From NCBI GenBank assembly GCA_018221105.1, contig JAAOYA010000010.1, forward strand, positions 1-64,000: a stretch of 64,000 nt of DNA. Reading direction: 5' to 3'. This DNA is from Candidatus Woesearchaeota archaeon (GTDB lineage Archaea > Nanobdellota > Nanobdellia > Woesearchaeales > JAAOYA01). A model generated the notes under the pieces. That model saw only the letters and a program-made list of their open reading frames with translations, was not told the DNA's origin and ran no database searches. This document shows positions 57,712-64,000 of the stretch, piece after piece; the stretch's first letter is position 1; every line of letters starts with the position of its first letter. The position numbers were made by a program, and so were the translations under genes.

Positions 57712-58479
57712 TTAAGTGTACGATATCATTATTGTTTGTGAGTGTACTGTTATTTGCGGAAATTCTCCTATAACAATGTGAATATTGTATGGTACTCCTG
57801 GTGTTAGACTGTCAATGTCCCATTCTACAACATTACTGGTTGTTTGTGCTCTAATGTATGGTTTTAAACATTCGATTCTTGGACTTGTGCATGTATAATC
57901 ATAAAATTCTTGTGCTAAGCCATCAACATTTGGGTAGATTAATGGGTTCATTCCAGGGTTGTAATCTGTAAATATTGGATCGTTTGCTGTGCTGTCTAAT
58001 TTTTCATAGTGTATTGTTGCTGGCAACCATTCAAAATCAGTGCTTGCGTTGTTATCTACATAAAATGTTAGTGTTGCTGGTAGTGAACTGAAAATTTTAA
58101 GGTTTGAGGTGTATGGGTCGTCGATGTTTATGTATTCTGTTAGGTCTGTCGGCGTGCTTGGGCACTCGCTCCAATCACTCCATTGATAGTTTTCGCAGAC
58201 TTGTAGTTGTGTTTGTCCGTTCTCGCATGTTCTTGATTTTGCTTGACCGTTTTGACACTGTGCGAATACTATTTTTTTTCCGTTTTCTTTGTAGCTTGCT
58301 GGTATTTCGTTTGTTTTATTGTTTTTTATTAGTCCTGGCGCGAAAACTACTACTGTGTCATCTTCGTGTATTGTAAGTAGTGTAATGTTTAATTCTTCTA
58401 CTATTGATTGCTCTACAGCAAAAACTATTGAAGAAATTAATAAGATACTGGTCAATAATAGTAGTATTTTTTTGTTCAT
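57712..58479 (-). CDS. Secreted hypothetical protein
   Basis: MNKKILLLL... signal peptide from ATG 58479; small Cys/Trp module (CENYQWSDWSEC). Confidence 0.65.
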   Translation of the reverse strand: MNKKILLLLTSILLISSIVFAVEQSIVEELNITLLTIHEDDTVVVFAPGLIKNNKTNEIPASYKENGKKIVFAQCQNGQAKSRTCENGQTQLQVCENYQWSDWSECPSTPTDLTEYINIDDPYTSNLKIFSSLPATLTFYVDNNASTDFEWLPATIHYEKLDSTANDPIFTDYNPGMNPLIYPNVDGLAQEFYDYTCTSPRIECLKPYIRAQTTSNVVEWDIDSLTPGVPYNIHIVIGEFPQITVHSQTIMISYT

Positions 58480-58584
58480 AATGAGTAGTTTAGCGAGTTT
58501 ATTTATAAAACTTTCCATAATAGCCACTAAGCAGTAGTTACAATCACCCTTTCTTTATTTTAGCTACAAAAAAACCAGCAAAAA

Positions 58585-59532
58585 TCAAAGATTTTCTGGG
58601 TTTTTTCGTATTTTACATACGAAAAAACCTTCTGTGTTGTTGTCTTGTGGCCAAATGCGAAGACAATCTTTTACTCTGGAATCGTATTGTGTTCCATCAA
58701 AAGAAGTAATAGCGTCTGAGCGTTTTAGCAGTAACTCAATCGGTAGAATTTGCACGTCAGCATTATTTTCGAGCAACCAACTAATCACTCCTTCGTTTTC
58801 TTGAGGCTCCATAGTGCAAGTTGAGTAGACTACTTCACCGCCTTTTTTTAGGTTATTAAAAGCTGTCTGTAACAGCTGTCGTTGTTGTCCTGCAACACGT
58901 TTTACTAGGTTTGGACTCCAATCTTGCAATACACGCAAGCTTTTACAAATTGTTCCAGTACCAGAACAAGGAGCATCTACTAGTATTTTGTCAAATTGTT
59001 GATTTTTGATGTTTCGACCGTGCATTTTTGTAATTATCGTATTATGTGCTCCGACTCGTTGCATGTTCATACCTAATGCTTTTAAGCGGTTGTAATCTTC
59101 ATCATTTGCAATCAGTAGTCCTTTGTTTTGAAGCATTGCAGCTATCTGTGTTGCTTTGCTTCCTGGTGCTGCGCACATGTCTAAAACTAAATCTTCTGGT
59201 TTTGGATTTAATACTACTGGCGGTATCATACTTGAAGGATCTTGTACGTAAATGTAGCCTAGAGTGTGCTCTAACAGGTTTCCTATGTCTGTTTGCGCTC
59301 CTTCTATCCAAAAACCTTCAGGGCACCATGGCACAGGTGTTAGAGTCCAACCTTTTGCTTCTAAGCGTGTTACTAAGTCTTTGACAGAAATCTTTAATGT
59401 ATTAACACGTATTGCTTTGCGCGGATATGTCAAACTAATTTCTTTGAACTTTTCAAAATCAGTTAGTTCACTGTAGCGCTCAATAAATGCGTCTTTAAAA
59501 GTTACTTTGTCAGCGTTTGGAAGTTTTGTCAT
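58585..59532 (-). CDS. RsmB/NOP2/NSUN family RNA m5C methyltransferase
   Basis: QDPSSM.P, DMCAAPGSK, VDAPCSG, YSTC...ENE, GFF. Confidence 0.95.
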   Translation of the reverse strand: MTKLPNADKVTFKDAFIERYSELTDFEKFKEISLTYPRKAIRVNTLKISVKDLVTRLEAKGWTLTPVPWCPEGFWIEGAQTDIGNLLEHTLGYIYVQDPSSMIPPVVLNPKPEDLVLDMCAAPGSKATQIAAMLQNKGLLIANDEDYNRLKALGMNMQRVGAHNTIITKMHGRNIKNQQFDKILVDAPCSGTGTICKSLRVLQDWSPNLVKRVAGQQRQLLQTAFNNLKKGGEVVYSTCTMEPQENEGVISWLLENNADVQILPIELLLKRSDAITSFDGTQYDSRVKDCLRIWPQDNNTEGFFVCKIRKNPENL

Positions 59533-59574
59533 GATGTGAAGAAATGATTGATTATTTTAAAGCTTTTGTCAGAA

Positions 59575-60294
59575 TTATACTCCTTTTAATCTTGCCACTA
59601 TTTTTTGCGCAATTTCTCTTGGTGTTTGTTCTGTGCTATTTACAATAACACTATTATAAGCATTAGGGTTTGTCGGATCTTCAAGTTTTGAAGGTCTATA
59701 TTCTACTCGAAATGCATTAACAAACAATTCTTTAACAGATTCTGGTAGCTCGCTTAGTTTTTCACGCAATCCACCACTTGCCCTACGAGTATCTTCTTGA
59801 TTTTGATAATGTGATGTAATATTTCCAATTTGTGGAAATCCTTGAGCGCTTAGTGCATCAACTAAACTTTGAAATTCAACGTGAGCTGCATCAGCAAGTT
59901 CTCCGCCTTCTGTTAGGTGTTTATTATCTTCTTTTAGTATTGTTGCTCCAACAAGCCATGCTGTTAGTTCTTGAGGATGTGCTATGTCTGCCATCGGTTG
60001 TGGAATTTTAAGATTGTGCATTCCTCTAAAAAGAGGTTTGTAAGCACTTGGTTGTTGTTCTAAAATGTCTGCTTCAAGCTTGTTATAAGTAAATCCTACT
60101 TGCATCATTTGTTCATGCATTTTGTCAGCTTTTGCGCGCTCTGATAATTCATCTGCTATAGGAGTATCAAGTGTTGATCCTGTTTCACTAACAGCTTTTC
60201 TGAACATTTCAGGATCTCTGCTAGCTATTGCTGCTTCGAGATATGCTTCAAAATTTTTTTCATTACGGTCGTCATTTGTCATGTTAGAATACAA
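59575..60294 (-). CDS. Hypothetical protein
   Basis: 239-aa ORF; no confident family. Confidence 0.6.
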   Translation of the reverse strand: MYSNMTNDDRNEKNFEAYLEAAIASRDPEMFRKAVSETGSTLDTPIADELSERAKADKMHEQMMQVGFTYNKLEADILEQQPSAYKPLFRGMHNLKIPQPMADIAHPQELTAWLVGATILKEDNKHLTEGGELADAAHVEFQSLVDALSAQGFPQIGNITSHYQNQEDTRRASGGLREKLSELPESVKELFVNAFRVEYRPSKLEDPTNPNAYNSVIVNSTEQTPREIAQKIVARLKGV

Positions 60295-60355
60295 GCAATA
60301 CTAGTATATAAAACTATCGATTATTTACTACTTAAAAGTAATGAATTGGGCAGTC

Positions 60356-62026
60356 TTAGAGCTTCTTGCTCATGTATGGTCCGTCACGTCGATAACCTAG
60401 TTTTTTATAGTACCCTCGAACGCCAATACCGCTAATTATCACAAGCTTTTTCTTATCACTTTTTCTAGCTATTTTTTCAGCCTCTAAAAGTAGTTTTTTA
60501 CCCCACCCGCGATGCTGCACTCCACCCTCCACGCCTAATGGTGTTGCAACACCATAAACATGCAATTCTCGAAGTAGTGCTGAATCATCAGTTATTTCTT
60601 TGCGTAGTGACTGCGAAGGAAAACGTAACCTACAAAACCCAACAAGTATGTCTTGCTTTACATCTTCAGCTGAAATAAAATATTCAATTCCGCCACTAGC
60701 AGCATACTCTTGAACAACTAATTTAACATTTTTTGGCATTATTCCTTTCTTTTGATACACGTGCCCTGCTTCTCGGCACCTGATGCAACGACAAGTAAAA
60801 TCTTTTTCTTGTTCTATCATTTGGCGCAAGTTTGTCCTATCAACTCCGGCTGTTGTTTTACTAGTTGGAATATCACGCTGCACTCGCATCACACGACAAT
60901 ATGGAGGAATTGTTTTTTTGAACTCTTTTATCATGCTAACCGCCTCTTTTGTGCTCAAAGGTTTGAACTTGTTTTCCTTGTATTGCTTGTATAATTTAGT
61001 TCCCGGTATTACCATGCAAGGGTATAATTTTAGCATATCTGGTTGAAAGGCAGAATTCGTGAATAATTCTTTCATGCCTTCTAAATCATCTTTTTTGTTA
61101 ATGCCTGGAAGCCCTGGCATGTAATGAAAGTTTAGTTTAAAGCCCAAATCTTTCAAAATCCTAATGCTCTCTGTTGAAGTGTTAACAGTGTGGCCTCGCT
61201 CGATACGCTCTAAAGCCTTATCATAAACTGATTGTATTCCTAACTCTACCCTTGTAGTGCCTAATTTTAGCATTTGATTGGCTTGCTCTAAAAGGCCATA
61301 ATCTGGTCGTGTCTCAATTGTTAGTCCAACACAGCGAACATATGTTTTCTCGTTTTTTCGCTGCTCTTTTTTTAGTGTTGTTTTCTTTTTTAGTTTGCAA
61401 ATTTTTGTATGAATTCTTTTAGCACGCTCCAAATCACCAATTTTGCCTGGTAGTTCAAAGAATTTTTTGAATTTTTCAGTTTTTAGACATCCTTTTTTGA
61501 AAAACAGTTTGCTAAAATCGTTCATTGCCTTAAAAGCGTACATTATAAAATCATCTTGATAGTGTTTCAAGTATGACGGAAAAGTTCCCCCCATAATGAT
61601 CAATTCTACTTTTTGTGGCGTGTGACCGGCAACAATGTATTGCTCTAAACGATTAAAAACTTGCGCGTAACTGTTAAACTCGTGGCGCACCCCGCGCATT
61701 GTGGCAGGCTCTGCGCCAGTGTATGATTGTGGAATGCCTTTTTTTGTGTTTGATGGGCACATTATGCACTCGCCGTGAGGGCATTTGAATGGGTGGCTCA
61801 TTATAGCCACAGGAGTGACACCACTGATTGAACGTGTTGGCTTTGTAATAAGACTTAATTTTTTTGCTTGCGGCGGCGTTGCGTGAAGCATCACTTCAAT
61901 GTCTGTTGGCGGCTCTCGCAATTTATACTTTTTGCATAGTTTTGTTTTAAGTTTTGAAAGCTCATCTTTTGATAAATTCTTCTCAATAGCTATTTTGATT
62001 AATTCTTCATAGTATTTTTTGCTCAT
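60356..62026 (-). CDS. elp3: Elp3 tRNA uridine(34) acetyltransferase (radical SAM + GNAT)
   Basis: CPHGECIMCP, QSYTG.EPA, GGTF, ETRPD, ELGIQ, RVQRDIP, RELHVYG, QHRG.G, ISGIGVR.YY. Confidence 0.96.
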   Translation of the reverse strand: MSKKYYEELIKIAIEKNLSKDELSKLKTKLCKKYKLREPPTDIEVMLHATPPQAKKLSLITKPTRSISGVTPVAIMSHPFKCPHGECIMCPSNTKKGIPQSYTGAEPATMRGVRHEFNSYAQVFNRLEQYIVAGHTPQKVELIIMGGTFPSYLKHYQDDFIMYAFKAMNDFSKLFFKKGCLKTEKFKKFFELPGKIGDLERAKRIHTKICKLKKKTTLKKEQRKNEKTYVRCVGLTIETRPDYGLLEQANQMLKLGTTRVELGIQSVYDKALERIERGHTVNTSTESIRILKDLGFKLNFHYMPGLPGINKKDDLEGMKELFTNSAFQPDMLKLYPCMVIPGTKLYKQYKENKFKPLSTKEAVSMIKEFKKTIPPYCRVMRVQRDIPTSKTTAGVDRTNLRQMIEQEKDFTCRCIRCREAGHVYQKKGIMPKNVKLVVQEYAASGGIEYFISAEDVKQDILVGFCRLRFPSQSLRKEITDDSALLRELHVYGVATPLGVEGGVQHRGWGKKLLLEAEKIARKSDKKKLVIISGIGVRGYYKKLGYRRDGPYMSKKL

Positions 62027-62093
62027 ATGAGTATTTAATAAAAGGTGTTTATAAAAAGATTATTAAAACAGTAGTTACTACCACTAATTTAAT

Positions 62094-62816
62094 ATGAAAC
62101 ATTACGACTTGCACATTCACACACATTATTCTAAATGTTCTAACTTAAAACCTAAAACAATCCTAAAAGTGTCCAAGCGTAGAGGCCTTGACGGCATCGC
62201 CATCACTGATCATGGCACGATACAAGGAGCATTAGAGGTTAAAAAACTTAACAAGGACAAGAATTTTGAAGTTATTGTTGGTCAGGAAATAATGACTGAT
62301 TATGGCGAGATAATGGGCTTGTACTTAAAAAAACCTGTTATAACAGCTGATTTAAAGGAAGCTGTAGTGCAAATCAAGCGCCAAGGTGGTTTAGTTGTCA
62401 TTCCACACCCTGTGACTATTACTCGTAGTACTTGGAGTTTTCGCTATCCTGTAGAAAAACTCAAAGACTGGCTTGACGCTATAGAAGGACTCAATGGGCG
62501 CGAAGTAACATTGATTGGCAATCACTTAGCAAAACTTAAGGCCAAAAAGAACACTATTGCAATAATTGCAGGCAGTGACGCACATTTTAGTTTAGAGATT
62601 GGTAATTGTCAAACACTTTTTGAAGGCGATAACCTAAAAAACGCTATTCGAAATCATCAAACAAGTATATATTGGAAACACCCTCCTATTAGTTGGTTTA
62701 TTGGAGGTTGGGCATCATTTTTTAGTGCTCTAAGAAAAAGACTAGTAAAACAAGAACCAAAACAAAAGAAAAAATTAGTAAAACAACAATCTCAAAAAAA
62801 AATTCTTAAGAAGTGA
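62094..62816 (+). CDS. PHP-domain phosphoesterase
   Basis: DLHIHT, AITDH, GQE, PHP, GSDAH. Confidence 0.9.
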   Translation: MKHYDLHIHTHYSKCSNLKPKTILKVSKRRGLDGIAITDHGTIQGALEVKKLNKDKNFEVIVGQEIMTDYGEIMGLYLKKPVITADLKEAVVQIKRQGGLVVIPHPVTITRSTWSFRYPVEKLKDWLDAIEGLNGREVTLIGNHLAKLKAKKNTIAIIAGSDAHFSLEIGNCQTLFEGDNLKNAIRNHQTSIYWKHPPISWFIGGWASFFSALRKRLVKQEPKQKKKLVKQQSQKKILKK

Positions 62817-64000
62817 CTCTCAAGTATAATTTTCTTATTTCTTCAAAAAATAGTAATGATAGTGAAGCTCCAAAAATCCAAGCCCACTCCATTAATGTTA
62901 GTGGTACAGTGTGAAAAGCTTTTGATAAGGTTGGAACATGCACTAGTCCTATAGCAAGTCCTAAAGACATTAGTACTGCTCCTATCAACCATTTGTTGCT
63001 AAAAAGCCCTGCTTTGAAAACACTTGTTTTTGTTGTTCTAGAACTGAAACTGTTGACTAATTGAAAAATTATAAGTGATACTAATGCTATAGTTGTAGCT
63101 CGCATGTATAGTGGACTGTCAAGTGCTAGGTTCTCTCCAAATTTCCACCCGCCAGCCAGCAATGTTTTAGTAAACAAAAATAGTGTTCCAACAGTTATTA
63201 TAACCCCGATAAACAATAAGCGCTTTAGAAATTCTTTGTTCATTATCCTCTCTGACTTGTGGCGTGGTTTTCGCCCCATCACATCATCAGCCGCAGGGTC
63301 AACACCCAAGGCAAGCGATGGTAGCACGTCTGTTCCCAAGTCAACTGCTAGTATTTGAATAGCTAGTAGTGGCAGTGGAAAGCCCATGAAAATGCCAAAA
63401 AACACAACTAGCAATTCTCCAATATTAGATGAAAAAACATACAAGGTGAACTTTTTTAAGTTGTCATAAATGCGACGCCCTTCTTCTACTGCTCCAACAA
63501 TGCTTGCGAAACTATCATCTGCTAGTACCATGTTAGAACTTTCTTTTGCAACGTCAGTGCCAGTGACACCCATCGCAATTCCAATATCTGCTTTTTTTAG
63601 TGCTGGAGCGTCATTGACACCGTCACCTGTGACAGCCACTACTTCGCCTAGTGATTCGAAAAGCGTTACTATTCGTAGTTTGTGTTTTGGTGCTACGCGA
63701 GCAAAAATCACTTCTTCTTCTTTTAAGATTTTTTTTAGATGATCGTCGCCTAAGTGATCGAGCTCTTCGCCAGTGATTATTCTAGTGTCATAGTTTGCTA
63801 TGCCAACTTGGCGCGCTATTGCTTTTGCTGTAATGCCAAAGTCACCAGTGATTATTCTGATTTTAATGCCTGCTTTTTTGCACTGTGCTACTGCTTTTTT
63901 TACTTCTTCGCGAGGCGGGTCTATCATTGCAATAAGACCCATTAAAATCATGTCAGTTTGAGAGTTAGTGTATTTTTTGTCAGTTTCTTTGTAAGCTATA
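62806..64000 (-). CDS. Cation-transporting P-type ATPase (type II, Ca2+-like), 5' part outside window
   Basis: DPPR, TGD, TGDGVNDAPALKKADIG, QIL..DL.TD; frame stays open upstream of 63951 (IAYKETD...). Confidence 0.93.
   Translation of the reverse strand, partial: IAYKETDKKYTNSQTDMILMGLIAMIDPPREEVKKAVAQCKKAGIKIRIITGDFGITAKAIARQVGIANYDTRIITGEELDHLGDDHLKKILKEEEVIFARVAPKHKLRIVTLFESLGEVVAVTGDGVNDAPALKKADIGIAMGVTGTDVAKESSNMVLADDSFASIVGAVEEGRRIYDNLKKFTLYVFSSNIGELLVVFFGIFMGFPLPLLAIQILAVDLGTDVLPSLALGVDPAADDVMGRKPRHKSERIMNKEFLKRLLFIGVIITVGTLFLFTKTLLAGGWKFGENLALDSPLYMRATTIALVSLIIFQLVNSFSSRTTKTSVFKAGLFSNKWLIGAVLMSLGLAIGLVHVPTLSKAFHTVPLTLMEWAWIFGASLSLLFFEEIRKLYLRVTS

Noticed and set aside
59575..59660. 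Nucleotide-kinase-like C-terminus (VNSTEQTPREIAQKI) of the 239-aa ORF
   Set aside because: No Walker A motif in the protein, so a kinase call is unsupported.

Overview
AT-rich archaeal chromosomal window, most likely from a DPANN archaeon such as Woesearchaeota. This is inferred from the archaeal information-processing genes, GAGGTG ribosome-binding sites, many orphan ORFs, bacterial-type ackA-pta and a giant surface protein. Housekeeping genes include Rpo7, Spt4, S24e, S27ae, Rpo11, thermosome, GluRS, TyrRS, AlaX, UppS, Elp3, an RsmB/NOP2 methyltransferase and a P-type ATPase. The most striking locus (about 9.3-20.2 kb, minus strand) looks like a naturally split, Sec-exported Rhs/Tc-type toxin system. 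It has a secreted accessory protein, a 1849-aa SpvB/FG-GAP/YD-repeat shell that stops before the Rhs core and ends in Ig-like domains, and a separate signal-peptide-bearing Rhs-core protein with a hydrophobic C-terminal cargo. An AT-rich run of small membrane proteins and a HEPN-like ORF follows. Other notable items: a 4239-aa surface protein with six nested 5-repeat beta-propeller-like blocks, a tRNA-Met with two introns (37/38 and 59/60), a 53-aa histone-fold gene and a pilin missed by the ORF track, a GAPOR-like tungstoenzyme divergent from pta-ackA, a membrane-anchored CYTH/VTC-like protein, and two tandem paralog pairs. No CRISPR array, rRNA, integrase, transposase or reverse transcriptase was seen. 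All domain calls are by eye from motifs; no database searches were run.
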